A stretch of 62,063 nt of DNA, counting the filler, from Rhabdomonas costata (lineage: Eukaryota): the NCBI GenBank assembly GCA_019059605.1. It is 31 parts of 31 records of this genome, joined end to end, with 100 filler letters (N's around TTAATTAATTAA, not from the genome) between each part and the next. Parts side by side here need not be neighbours in the genome. Positions count along the whole stretch, not along the records: positions 22,061 to 23,966 come from JAHMHO010007531.1; positions 24,067 to 25,971 come from JAHMHO010007532.1; positions 26,072 to 27,975 come from JAHMHO010007533.1; positions 28,076 to 29,984 come from JAHMHO010007534.1; positions 30,085 to 31,990 come from JAHMHO010007535.1; positions 32,091 to 33,995 come from JAHMHO010007536.1; positions 34,096 to 35,997 come from JAHMHO010007537.1; positions 36,098 to 38,002 come from JAHMHO010007538.1; 23 more parts are not named here. One strand, given 5' to 3'. Position 1 is the first letter of the stretch. Every line of letters starts with the position of its first letter. Positions 23,807 to 36,405 of the stretch are shown piece by piece. The translations under genes were made by a program, and so were the position numbers. Under the pieces are notes generated by a model. That model searched no databases and had not been told where the DNA came from. It was given only the letters and a program-made list of their open reading frames with translations.

Positions 23807-23879
23807 ATGGCGTTTGTGGCTTGTCTGGAGATCGTCGTGAACTTTGACAAGTTCCGGAACGTCGACCTCCTTTCTCAGG
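23807..23879 (+). CDS. FAM135-like protein, first coding exon
   Basis: MAFVACLEIVVNFDKFRNVDLLSQG|gt resembles the FAM135 N-terminus (VEFSVELHKFYNVDLFQRG). Confidence 0.65.
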
Positions 23880-24869
23880 GTTTGCTTGTCTGCTGTCTGC
23901 TGACCACTTTCCTTCCTTCTATCTCGTCTTCCCGACCTCGGCATCCCATTTGCAGGCACCACAACANNNNNNNNNNNNNNNNNNNNNNNNNNNNNNNNNN
24001 NNNNNNNNNNTTAATTAATTAANNNNNNNNNNNNNNNNNNNNNNNNNNNNNNNNNNNNNNNNNNNNGGGGTTGGTGGGGTTGTATTCACCCGCTTCCCTT
24101 TTCCTCCCCCATTTGTAAACATTCCCAGGTTTGCTCCCCTCCCCCAGGAACTCTTAAACCAACTTCAGGTAGCAAAAAAATGAACGTGATAACATCCAGC
24201 CCAGCTAGCTCACAGAGGGTTCATGCTCGTCACTGTCACTGAAAAACGTTAATTCCCGTTTTCTTGCACCAATTTCTCGGCACCCTTGGCACCCTCGGAC
24301 AACACAATGAATATAATGCCGGGGCTTTGCTGTGAGGCATTGTGAGTGAAAGGAGGAGGACCTGCAGCCACCTGGACAGAGATGCGACACCAGCGCAGCA
24401 ATATGAAAAGCTATACAAGCTCTTTTTCAGCCCTGTCACTCTTCGCCTTTGACGCCACCCTTTTTTGTTCCCGTGAGTATAAAAACCATGCGCCGGCATG
24501 TATGTGACAGGATTTTGGAAGTGTCTGAAAAATCCAGGATACGGGTCGCTTTGGGTGGCAGTGGGGAGAACACACCTTGGGCGTGGGGTGCACAGCCGTC
24601 GGCGAGGCTGGCCTCAAGCGTGCAGTCCCACCACTCTGGGGTAACCTCTCCTCACCCAATGCTCTCCTCGCAGCCAACGATGCTAAAGGTTTCCACCAGC
24701 AGCAGACGACAGCACCCAATAAAGCACATTCCCTTCACGGACCATTCCCGCAAGGGGCAACATGTTCAGCTTCGGCGTCCCAGGTGGGACCCCTCCCCTT
24801 CCCATCGCGAAATATTTTTTTCACGAGTGCATTGAACATGTATGAATAGGTGCTCCCCACAGCGCTATC

Positions 24870-25452
24870 TCACCACAGCCTCCCTGCAAGACAGACCTTC
24901 GGCATCGGAGGACCGCTGGCACTCGGCTTTAGGTAGTACGCCGCCAGGGTGCGCTCCACGTCCATCGCCACAGGCACAATCACAATGCCGCGGAGGATGT
25001 ATGGCTCGCGGCTCACTTTGAAGAAGCTCGGACAGGGAACCAGAACCTCCCGTTCCGCCTCCCCCCCTGCCGCGGGATCATCGAAAGCTCGTCGATGCGG
25101 TAGCCCTGCAGGTCGTCACATTGGAACACCAGCAGCTTCTCGCGCGCCCCAACCGATCCCGTGAAGGCCTCCAGGGCCGCCCCGTCCACCCCAAAGCTCG
25201 CAAAGGAGTAGAAATTCACCGGCCGGCCCACCTATATACACCTCCCAAAACTTCTCATGCTTCTGCTCCAGAGACCACCCGAAGCACTCGCAAGCCAAAC
25301 CCGCGGTACTGCAGCCGTGGCGGCAGCGAGTACAGCCAGTGCAGCAGCACTCGGAAAAACGGCCGCAGGGGTTTCATCTGGGCCACCGTGCGGCCACAAT
25401 GGCTGGCCCAGGCGTTAGCCAGAACGAAGAAGCGAGAGTCCATGGTGTACAC
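24870..25452 (-). CDS. NAD:arginine ADP-ribosyltransferase (R-S-ExE clade), partial, apparent frameshift in a G7 run
   Basis: VYTMD...LYSLP...YRG, FYSFASF, GYRIDELS and EAEREVL motifs occur in order. The last needs a frame change at the homopolymer 25061-25067. Confidence 0.75.
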
Positions 25453-26766
25453 CTATTTTTTCGAAGGAGTTGCTGGGGTGAAGCGGGTGGAGTGACCTAT
25501 TTGTCTCCGTTTCTGGACCGCCCACACCAAGTCATTCAAGTAAAGGGAGTTGCAGGGTGGTTGCAAGGAGTTCAAAGAACGCGAACAGAAAAATGAATGA
25601 GACGAACAAAATTCTGAGAGAGTCCGCTGTCATCAAAAACTACCTGATAACGCATGTCTTACGCAACCACAACCACACATTCAAACACAAGGGTTTCTCG
25701 CCCCAGTGTTGGTTGGGCGAGGACACAGAGTTTTTTTTTTGGTACTTTTTCTGTACATAACCCTGGAACACGTGGGGCAGGCGGACGGTTCGGGCCTGTT
25801 GTCTGGTGAGCCGGCACCAGCACCAAGGCAAAGCAAGCGTTAAAAAACGGCCCTTCCACGCCTGTACGCCTGTGTTAAAGCAAAAAGGGCCCAAAAAAAC
25901 ACCCCAAAATGGCCTTACAGGTGACTCTAAACGCAAGCATTCCCGCCCACTCCGGTGCTAGCACACCCACANNNNNNNNNNNNNNNNNNNNNNNNNNNNN
26001 NNNNNNNNNNNNNNNTTAATTAATTAANNNNNNNNNNNNNNNNNNNNNNNNNNNNNNNNNNNNNNNNNNNNGGGGGGGGTGTGCCATGCCATGGGATGGG
26101 AGGGGGCGGCTGAGCATTCTCACAGAGGTGTGCTGAGAACGGCACGCTGACCGCCAGAAGGTAGGGAGAGAGGAAGAGGGAGAGTCCACTTAATGAGAGA
26201 GAAAACCATCAATGGAAACTTGAATGTCAGTTGAACCGTCGCTCAGAACGCTAGGCACATCACAGGGGTACGGGTCCCACACAGACGTATGGATGTTAAT
26301 GGGGGGGGGGGCGAGTGGTTTCATTTTTTCGGCGGTACCCCACCCACCCACCGATCACAAGAGAGAAAGACTGCCAAACCACACTGCCACCTGGAGCAGA
26401 TCGGAACCAGGCGGCATCGACGGCCAACGACGCCTGAATGCAAGACCAAGACCACAGCAAGGCCAGAACATCGGGATTCGGTAGTATAAATAGTGACTGT
26501 ATAAGAGACAAGCTCATACAACAGCAAAGGACCCGTCAGACCTCAAGAAAAAGCTACACGTACTCTCCGCATCGTACACCCCCGGCACAGGTTGTGAAGA
26601 GTGAAGCCCAGGGTGGTTGCTGGGCGTGTTCCGCACAGGGGCCGAAACAGCGCGTTTTCGCACAGGGACCGAAACGAGATAGAGAGGAAGACTGCGGGGT
26701 AGCGGTGGCGAAGGGTTGAATCCATAAGAAAGAGAGGTCCAACGCAGAGGCAGTTCGAGAGGGCTC

Positions 26767-26945
26767 TCAGTTGAAGATCTCGCGATAGATCTTCCACTCC
26801 CGGCCCTCCTTCTTCCACAGCACCAGCATGGCGCCGCAGCCCCCTTTGTGGGTGTACTGCGCCCGCTCCACGAGGAAGGACCCCGCGGGCAGCACCTCCT
26901 CGGAGTTGCGTTCCATCGGCGCCAAGTCGCTGACCATCCCAAGCT
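26767..26945 (-). CDS. NTF2/SnoaL-like (DUF4440-type) domain, terminal exon
   Basis: VERAQY...GAMLVLWKKEGREWKIYREIFN* matches the DUF4440/ketosteroid-isomerase-like C-terminal strands. Confidence 0.65.
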
Positions 26946-28706
26946 GAGCCCGAGGTGATGGTAGTGGTGGTAGTGGTGGTGGGGCGGCCGACACTTATCA
27001 CTCACTACAATGGAGCACTCCGACTGAGTGCACATATTCACAGAGACCTTCATTATTCGCCGGAAACTTGGACTGAACCGTGGTCTCAAGAATGGACTGA
27101 CACGGGAAAATAAACACATCAAACCAGGATGCGGTCCTGGCATCCACCAGCAGACAGAAGGAGCAAGAAAAAACCCAAGAAGAAAAGAGTGCAAGGCTAT
27201 GCCAAGAGAAAAAAACTATGCGATCAAAAAGTAAGTATTACAAGGGCACACCGCCCAGAAATCGCGGATGGCGGCGCGACCTTTGGTAGGTCTTCCTCCC
27301 ATCGACGGGGGATTCAGCTCCGCTACGAGTTCAGAAATTCAAACATGTTGTAAAGAAAATAAATGAGCTGAGATTGCAGAGCATACTCATATATGGGTGT
27401 TATGGGAGAGCACGGGTGTGGGTTCGAGCTTTTGCAGCTTTTCCTTGTGCTGAGAGAGCTCACACTGAAATTCTCACCCCATCCCCGATACCCAGAGAAG
27501 AAGTGAGACCGTAAAACTTGTCAATTGATGAAGCATACACACAGGCTCTGTTCTTGTCTCCAGTATGGCCTGAAGAAGACGAACCGCACAACCGCAGCGA
27601 ACCTCAAGTCATCCATCCGCCACAGTATGCCAAACTCTAACGGGGTGGTTTGGGCATTTCGAAGTGTCAGCAGCTCCCCTTCCATCTCTCCAACAATTTT
27701 CAAGTTCAGGTTCCGCCCCCCTCCCCGAAAGATAAAATAGGGCGAAGTGAATACGATACAGCGTTTTTTCACCGGGACTCTGAACCGCAGGCAATGCTGG
27801 AACTGGTTGTGCAGGCCTGGACAAGGGTACCTCTTTGAACGAATACGATATGACAACCTTCAACAGTACCTGGACTGCCAACAGCTCTGCTGACCTCAGC
27901 CCCAGTCAACAATAGCATCAATAGCATCGCAGCACACCCACCCACCTACCCACACCCCCCCCAAACACACCAACANNNNNNNNNNNNNNNNNNNNNNNNN
28001 NNNNNNNNNNNNNNNNNNNTTAATTAATTAANNNNNNNNNNNNNNNNNNNNNNNNNNNNNNNNNNNNNNNNNNNNCCACCGGAAGAATACGGGTTAAGGG
28101 CTGAAGTTTGGGGATGGGAGTGGGAGTGGAAGGAAGGCTTTTGGGGTGGTTGCGGTTGCGACGGCGCGGCTGTTTGTGCGCAGAGCGACAGACTTTCCGG
28201 CGCGTGATGCGCTACAAGCACAGTGATTGTGTCCCCCCCTTTCCTTGTACAACAGAGGTTGCGTGCACAACAGAAACCGAACCTCAGGTTACCGACCTGT
28301 TGAAGTTGTGCTTTGTTTTTGTTTTCATTTTCGTGAGTTGGCAATCCTTCTTGCCTTCTCGCTGCACAACCCCGAAATATGGCGAGGGGTGGTGCTGCTG
28401 TAAGGGGTTGAGTTTTATGGTAATGATGACGTTTCTTTTCCTTATGTCCTTTTTCTCGTCTTGCGGGCGCGCTTTAGTGAGACGAAAGAGCAGCCGCCAC
28501 AAAAAAGATTAGGGTTGGAGTAGTTATGGGAAAGGGTGCTAGCGTGTGATCTGCGTCTCTCCCTCTCGACTTTCTCAAAACAAGTGTGTTGTTTGATTTT
28601 CAAGCATACAAAATATGACCACATTTCCCCGCCGCCCCCCCCCCCCCCCCCTTATTTTCATGGATCTCAAAATATGGGGACAGCTCAGTATGGACTTGGG
28701 CTGTCA

Positions 28707-29866
28707 CTACAATGCCGCCGAGGACAATCTGCAATCTGTGACCGTCATGGGAGCCACGGAACCGCCCCTCACGGGGCCCCTCCTGAGTTGCTGCTGCTGT
28801 AGTAGCAGAGGTTCGAAGGAAAGCGGGGAGACGGGCAGCGCGGGGTCCGCGGAGCGGGGCGAGGGCCTGCTGCCGGTGCTAGTTGTTGTCGTTGTGGTGG
28901 TGAGACGGCGAACGTCGTCGATGTTGGGGATGCCCGGGCCCTCACAGGCCGCGGTCCAAGTCCGGGGAGTGACCGAGCCTGACACCCCAACAAGAGAGAG
29001 AGAGAGATGCGGACCACATTCCCCCAACCAGCTCCCGCCGACCCAGAAATCTGACCTTTGCACAATCCTAACGGCGGTGAAGGCATAACTGATGTTTCCG
29101 ACCTCTCACTCTCTGATCTCGCATGGATTTGTGGAACAGCTGTGAAGCTCGCGGGGAGAATGTGCGGCATGTGCCAAGGAAGCGGTAAGCATTGACATGG
29201 AAAGGTTGCAACCACCTAAGGAGGGGCCGTGCGCCCCGTGTGCCTCGACGGGTGTGTTCAATAAAGACTCTCCATCATGACCTTTCAACACGTTCTCCAC
29301 GCGAGGGAGCGAGAATTTCGATCCTCGGATAAACTGGAGGGGGGGGTTCGGAACAAAAAGCTGGTGGTGTGCAAAAGGGGTCCGGAGTACTGCCGGGGTG
29401 GTGGGTAAGCGGTACAACGATATACCCTATAACAACGTTATACCGCTCAACACGCTCCGACCCCAGACTGGCGCAAGAGAGAGAGGGGGACATCCTGTTG
29501 GCCATCAGGACCACCTCCACCTGACGATGCGCGTCCCGACCCTCCTACACCCTGTCCCTTACGCACGGATTTGATTAGACCTGCCGTTTCCCTCTTAGCT
29601 CATTTAACCTCTGTTCTGTTCTAGACTGACCATGACCTCACCACCCACCACCCACCACCACCAAACGCACACAGACACGCAATCCCAAAACCCTAACACG
29701 TACGTGCAAAAGGAGGGGTGCGGGGCTTCAACCTGACTTCTTCAGGGACTTAAGCAGGCTCTCGTACTTCAGCACGGCCGAGGCCTGCGCCCGGGCACGC
29801 TCCTCGGTCTCGCTGAGCTTGTCCCGGAGAAGCTTCTCTTTCCCACGGCCGCTTTCCACAAGCTGC
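28707..29866 (-). CDS. Hypothetical coiled-coil protein, 3' exons
   Basis: GC-rich exon near 29733-29866 (KEKLLRDKLSETEERARAQASAVLKYESLLKSLKK) and a low-complexity terminal exon ending at 28707. Confidence 0.4.
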
Positions 29867-30088
29867 GTTTTATTAGAAGGAAGGAGTATCAGGTACCTTA
29901 GCATGGGGGGGTAGGGATGGAGGATTCTGATGTGTAAGATTGCAGAGAATCACTGCACCCGTACTGAAGCACCCCAACCCCCACNNNNNNNNNNNNNNNN
30001 NNNNNNNNNNNNNNNNNNNNNNNNNNNNTTAATTAATTAANNNNNNNNNNNNNNNNNNNNNNNNNNNNNNNNNNNNNNNNNNNNGGGG

Positions 30089-30166
30089 TTGGTGAACGCT
30101 ATTCATGAAGAGCGAACGCTATACAACCGTGAGTAGCGTTCACTTTTCATGAATAGCGTTCGCCAA
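30089..30166. repeat. Imperfect inverted repeat (about 33-bp arms, 12-nt loop)
   Basis: ttggtgaacgctattcatgaagagcgaacgcta pairs with tagcgttcacttttcatgaatagcgttcgccaa. Confidence 0.8.
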
Positions 30167-30462
30167 TCAAACATGCACATGAAAATGTTTATCACCACTT
30201 TTCTCTTCTGGCATAACTCTTCCCTTTTGTGGGTGAAACATCGCTCAAATGTGAGCAACTTGACACAAGTAGATGAGAACTTGTACCCAGCACTTGGCGT
30301 AAAACGCCTAAAATGCGACAGGACATATTATTTTCGCGCGAAAGCCAGCTGGCTGTGACGCCGCGGCGCGGCCTTAGCCACCAGTGCGGGGTTAGGAGGC
30401 GAAACATGCGGGATGTGTGGGGGAGGCGAGTATATTTTCGCGTTTTGTTCAGGAGAAAAGAC

Positions 30463-31944
30463 CATTCTGAAGTTGCTCGTAGTACTCATACTCCTGCGCA
30501 TTGAAGGTGTCGACCTTGTACCCGGAGAGGAGCAAGCACGCTAAGCACTTCTATATCAAAAGAATGTACTTCATCCTCCCCGGGAATGTGACTGCAGCTA
30601 GTTTTGATGTTGGGTTCACGGCAATCTGCTGGGGGAATTTTCCAACCCCATCTTCTAAATTCCTTCGAAATCAAACGGATTCAAACAGCATCCAACGAAT
30701 TCCATCTCCGCGACGTTCAGAGGCGCACAACTTCACCAGGTTTGAAAACCCGTACCTGGCAAGGGGCTCCATCTTTGTGGGTGATTTCTTACTCCTGTCC
30801 TCTCTCTATTGTTCTGTTTTTTTTTAGAGCGGTGGTCATGTACTTTCAGCAGCTCTCCTCTTACCTTGTTCCGACTCGTTGAATTGCCTTCTTTCCAAAA
30901 AGCAAACCATGTCTTTTTCTCTGTTTGGCTGATGGTCAATGTGCTCCTTTCAACGCCATTCGGCCTGCTTTTATTTTGCTTCTGGGTGCGATGCGTTTGC
31001 GTTTGTATCATCGCATCATTAAGAAGATTTCCCCACATTTCCCCCTCCTCCCTTTTACCTTTTTGTGGACTGAGAAATCACAGCAGAGAGCAATGTCACA
31101 GCAATATAGGGGTAAAAGAGGAGCTGCGGAATCCCACAAGTTTATTCCCAAACGGTTCTCCGAGGAAGCCGCAAAAATTGCAAGGTTGGCAGGTCCGTTC
31201 CGAAAAAAGGCAGGGGAAGACCAGGGCACACGAAGGGAAGGCGCACCAGCCCCGCTGGACCGCCTTGTGTAGACCCTCCAGGCAGTCCTTCACGGTCAGG
31301 AGGAAATGGTCGGGGTATGGGCTGGCGTCGTGGAAGGAGACGAACCCCGTAGAGAGAGGCTGCAGGATGGACATAGCCTGGGCTGGGGTCATGGAAAGCC
31401 TAAAAGTGAACAAATCATATCAGTATATGAAGGATGCCATTGATGTATACTGCTTCTACTGCGGTATGAGTTTCGCAGTGGCAAAGGATTCTGGCGCTCA
31501 AACGAAAGGCTGTTGTGAGTCGTGAATGAACCGTGTTATTTAGAGCTGTGTGGACCCAAAGCAAAGCATCTAAAAATGGGGGGATCAGAAACTCCGAAAC
31601 TTTCATCTCCAGGAGTCAGTCTGGTCAATGACCCACTTTTGAGCTGCCTCAGGACGCAAAAGGCGCACAAGCCCGTGCTCCCGCGTCTTTGAACGAGACA
31701 CACAAGATGTACCTCAGAACAGCGTAGCTTGCGATTAGGAGCGCCGCGTTGGTGCGCTTCTTGGTATCCAGACCACAGAAGAAGTACAGCCTCTTCGGGG
31801 AAAGGCTGGGGTCACGCAGTATCTCGTCCAAGTAGTCCACAAATCTCTTCAGGTGGGCCAGGTGCAAAGGTCCGAAATCCAGAAAGAAGGGCTGATAAAC
31901 CAACACGTTATCGATGGAGAAGAAGTGGGCATCACTGCGGTTAC
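30463..31944 (-). CDS. CDC14: CDC14 dual-specificity phosphatase, N-terminal domain; exons 31944-31713, 31399-31247, 30521-30463
   Basis: HFFSIDNVLVYQPFFLDFGPLHL...KKRTNAALLIASYAV, FVSFHDAS...LTVKDCLEGLHKA and GWYKVDTFNAQEYEYYEQLQNG are diagnostic CDC14 motifs. Confidence 0.95.
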
Positions 31945-32349
31945 CTAAAATGTCAAAAGCAAAAAGCAAACGTCGCCTCCACCACAAACCNNNNNNNNNN
32001 NNNNNNNNNNNNNNNNNNNNNNNNNNNNNNNNNNTTAATTAATTAANNNNNNNNNNNNNNNNNNNNNNNNNNNNNNNNNNNNNNNNNNNNGGGCAGCGGC
32101 GAGCTGCTCGCATGGGGGGAGCGCTGGGCTGTGAGAGTCGAGCATCTCCGCAAATGGTGATGTGGGTCCCCCCAGAAGGGCGAAGCTCAGCTGCCCTCCG
32201 ATGCCTTTGTGCAAGGCAACGGATACTCCGCCTGCCTCTGACACGGGAAGCGCTCCAAACCCTCGGTATCAAGGAGCACCGCTTCTCTGCTGCCGAAAGG
32301 TGTCCTAGCACGACCTGTGGTGTTGACCAGTCAGCACGGTTGAGGAGGG

Positions 32350-32790
32350 CTATATCCTCGTGTAAACCACTGGGGCACTGGATTGCCAGCGCAAAGAAAG
32401 CATCGCCCTGCTGGGTGCCTTGCTCCGAGTAAATGATGTTGCCGGGATGGGCTGCCGTGTGTGAACTCGAACCACGACGTCGGGGAATGAGCGAGGGTGC
32501 AGCAGATGCTGGAAGGAATGGAAGGAATAGAAGGAAGCTGGGAGGAATGTTGAGTGACTCACCAGGAAAGTGCTGCCTCTCCACACATAGCAAGAAGCGG
32601 CTGAGAAGCACTGTAGCTGTTGGAACACCCTGGAATGGGACAACCGTGCCGACAGGGCAGCTGAGCATCGCCTCGCTCGTGGCTCTGGGCCGCAGCTCCT
32701 GGTTCCAGAGAAAGCATGTTATGTCCCTGCAGAGGGTGAGGACCAGGTGCAGGACCAGGGAGAGGCCATTGTCGCAAAACAGAAGGAACA
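32350..32790 (-). mobile_element. Possible degenerate non-LTR retrotransposon remnant
   Basis: IIYSEQGTQQGDAFFALAIQ resembles the RT motif GVQQGDPLGPxLFAL with PLGP missing. A CPxxGC zinc-finger-like word occurs upstream in another frame. No YxDD seen. Confidence 0.3.
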
Positions 32791-35643
32791 GCTCCAACTC
32801 ACAACGAACAAACAAAAAGAATAGAGCGGAATCGAAAAAATGATTACACTCAGTAATTAGGACATGACAGAAGATTTCGCAGGGGGGTTAGGAGCGATGC
32901 ACGTGCTTCCTGATGGGGGACCCCCCCCCCGCGCAACAGACCCACTGCACCAGTACCTTAGATAGATAGATAGAAATGCACCCACGCCACTTTTATGTGA
33001 TGGAAGTGTTTCCCTTCACTTTCTAAACCCTAGATCCCATGCGCTGCTTGCCATGGTGGCCAACAGCTTCACAGGTCCCTCCCCAGCTTTTCGATGTGAA
33101 TGGAGCTCAAACATATACACACACATTGCAAATGTGGCATTTGGTCGTGAATCCCATCAGCTCACTTGCATTCCACCAGTGGGTTTTGTTGATGATACAC
33201 ACAGAAAGAAGGTTTCCGGAGATGGCAGTTGGAGCAGCGATTGCGGGGATCCATATAAATGATTTACTCCGGACTACTGGCCTGTCCTGCAGGCCAGTGC
33301 CTCGTCTGGTGCTGCAGTTCCTGAATCCACATCTGTGCGGACTTTGGGCTTGAGAGACATCACACGTGCTGTGCTTCCACAGCTGTGGTCGGGGCTTGGA
33401 TGGGTGGGCACGCTGATGATCCGCCGCCTTCCCTTTTCCTGTACACCCCGGTTGCCCACCATGAAGGGCGCGTGTGCCCACAGATGTTGCCTCCGCCCTT
33501 CGAGTCCTGCAAACAGGTGGGGTCCCCCCTTCAACCTCCGGTTTACTGCTCAAGCCGCTTTGGAGCGGCTGCCAAATAATGTCCCATAGACCAGCAGAAA
33601 TGAGGTACCAACAACAATAATAACCAGCGTGAAAGACAAAAGCAGTTTTCATGATTTATCATTCCATGACTATGTCGTATAACGGCGTTATTCGTTCCGC
33701 TCACCATCAATCCTTCTCTTTGTGCCCCCTTATGCTTCATCATTTTCACCGCTTCGGTGCATACCAGGAGCCACCTGCATGAACACAGAGCCTTAAGACG
33801 AGGTTCATGCCTACACCTAAGAGAGGCCCAGCAGCCCCCCTTGTTGAATTGTTAAGCGAGGGTTGAGAGAACCCACTCTCCGGCCCACTCTGGTGCCAGC
33901 ATCAAGTACTCCTGGGTTCTACCCTTAGGGATGCTAAGCAGGCCCGGCCGAAAGCTTAGGCTCAGGATGCAGGCATGCAAAGGGCAAAAAAAAAANNNNN
34001 NNNNNNNNNNNNNNNNNNNNNNNNNNNNNNNNNNNNNNNTTAATTAATTAANNNNNNNNNNNNNNNNNNNNNNNNNNNNNNNNNNNNNNNNNNNNGCGGA
34101 TAGTTTTTCTCACACTTAGACATTGAGTTCATCGAGCTTAATCCTTATACGAATCCGCCTCACTGGTGGTGTGCGCTATTTGTGTGTGTGTTTCTTCCTT
34201 CCGCGCCGCACACTCTCCCTTTATGCTCTTTGCGCCAGCGTGGAACCAGGTGCATTCCGCGCGGTTCTCGTTCCACCTTTGATCTGATGGGAATGTGTGG
34301 GATGGTTTTTTGTTGGGTGGGTGGATTCTGGCGGAGTGCATCCTCGCGATATTTCAAAATTGCTCTTTGCTTGTTTGCGGCTCGAAAAGCTAGACATCCT
34401 TTTGGAGGTGGGGATCTTCTCCATTCTTTCCCATTTGCCCAGTCTCTGTATGGCCTCGGCAGCTCTTTTTATTCTTTGCCGCCATTTTTTCACCTTTTGT
34501 ACACATGTGTGGGCTCAGCGATTATTTTTGCACTGCGTCGTATTGGATTCTCTTTTTTGCCTTTTGCTTTTTTGTGTGGGTCTGTAAAGTTGAACCATGA
34601 AGCACGGTGCCCGGAATTATTGATCACTTTGTGCTGGGATTCAGAACTTTCTGTTCTCAGACGCGGTGGTCCTGTGGGCGGCTGCTTTGTCCACGAAGTA
34701 ATCGAGGTACCAATGGAAACCAAAGCTCTGGTACTGCCGAAGAATATGGTCGTATAAGAATTCTCAATGGCACCCTTAGTATTCGAAAGGAGTTGGGTTT
34801 CTTGGTTCAATTGAGGGTTGGCTCTCAGGAGTCTTTTTGATTGGCACCAGACGAGCGGCAGAGGCGGATCCCGAAGATACAAGAACAAAGTATTCGTGAT
34901 CAGCACCTTATACCATTCTCTTAAATGACGCTCGCCCTGTCACGTCAGTGTCCGCAGCACTCAACAAGAGTGACGATGTCGCCTGTGCAAAGCAGGTTTT
35001 CCCAGCTCGTCGCAGGCCAGGGCAAGACCCATGGTTTCCGCCGCACAGGAGATCACGGTCGTGACAAGTGACCTACTGCTGCTCCCTGCCAGGGCGGTCA
35101 ATGGTTGTAGAGTCATACAGCATTCTTCCATTGTAATAAAGAATTATTCAAAGACAGCACACATTGAATTTCGGTAGGGCAGAGAAACGTGGAGAAAAAA
35201 AGTACGGGGGCAAACGGTTAATATGTTTCTGCGATGAAATCGATCTCGGCTGAGACAGCTGTCTGGCGAGAAGCTTGTTTTGCTTTTGCATATAATATCC
35301 ATGTGTTTTTCGCGGGTATTGTCGTGTGTCTCCGAATGCAGTAGGTCAACTCTTGGCGTCGCGGTTGCGTACCAGTTTCACGCCTTCTTCGGCTTCGCAG
35401 GGCCTCCGCGGTTCTTGCTTTTTGTTTTGTTTGGCATTACCTTTCCGGACTGGCGTTTGCCCCAAGGGGAAATCCAACCTCCCCCCACCCCCCTTCTTGA
35501 ACTGCACTTCCTTTGTGTGAATTTTTTCTCACTGCCTGTTTGTGTCCGTGTGTGTGTGTGTGTGTTTGCACATTTTCACGAGTCTCTCCTTTTTCCGGAG
35601 CACTTCAGACCTGTTTTTTAACGGTCGCTCTTCGGGGCTTCAT

Positions 35644-35997
35644 ATGTCGACGGAGTTCACCTCAACCAACAGCACAGCCACGGACCGTGGCAGCTGCATC
35701 GTCCTAAACCCAACCCTGATCCTTCCCCACTCGGCAGAGCCCACGGTGCAGTCTCCAACCAGCGAATCGGCCTCCCCACTGCGAGCGTCGTGCTACCAGC
35801 ACCTGGCCTACCCAGCGTTGCCCTCGCAGCGTGGGACGTCTGCTGGGCGTCAGACCACTCACCACACCACCTATTCTGCAGAGTCCATTGAAGGGCCCAT
35901 TTATCCTGTGGTTCGAGGGGGTCGGAGCATTCCGCTGAGGGTAGTGTTTGTGGTGGTGCTGTGCCTGTTTGCGGTGGGCCCGGCGGTGGCGATGTGG
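35644..35997 (+). CDS. N-terminus of a membrane receptor-like protein (first TM helix), partial
   Basis: ATG downstream of a pyrimidine tract, S/T/P-rich N-terminus, then IPLRVVFVVVLCLFAVGPAVAMW, open at the contig end. Confidence 0.55.
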
Positions 35998-36405
35998 NNN
36001 NNNNNNNNNNNNNNNNNNNNNNNNNNNNNNNNNNNNNNNNNTTAATTAATTAANNNNNNNNNNNNNNNNNNNNNNNNNNNNNNNNNNNNNNNNNNNNCTG
36101 GAGTCTGCTCTGTGGGTCCTTGGCTGGTGGTCTGTCATAACGACACTGATTGGTCTGGCCTGCTGTTGTCGACTGCACTATGGGGGTGCTTTCAGTGCCC
36201 TGCAGTCCTGCCCGGTGGGGGAGAGGGGGAAACGCGCCGCATTCTCCAGCTGCATCGGACGGAATCTCCGTCCAATTGCTGCATAGCATCGTGGCGGGTC
36301 TGAGGGCCGTTGAAGCACGCAGCATTCTCCTCAACTGCTGGGATTCTCATGGAGCCAGGTTCGCTGCTGTTGAATTATCATATTTTTCAACCATGCCATT
36401 CACAT

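Noticed and set aside
30085-30096. GGGGTTGGTG resembling kinetoplast minicircle CSB-3 (also at 24067)
   Set aside because: Not the full GGGGTTGGTGTA, and located exactly at contig starts where G/T primer sequence is expected.
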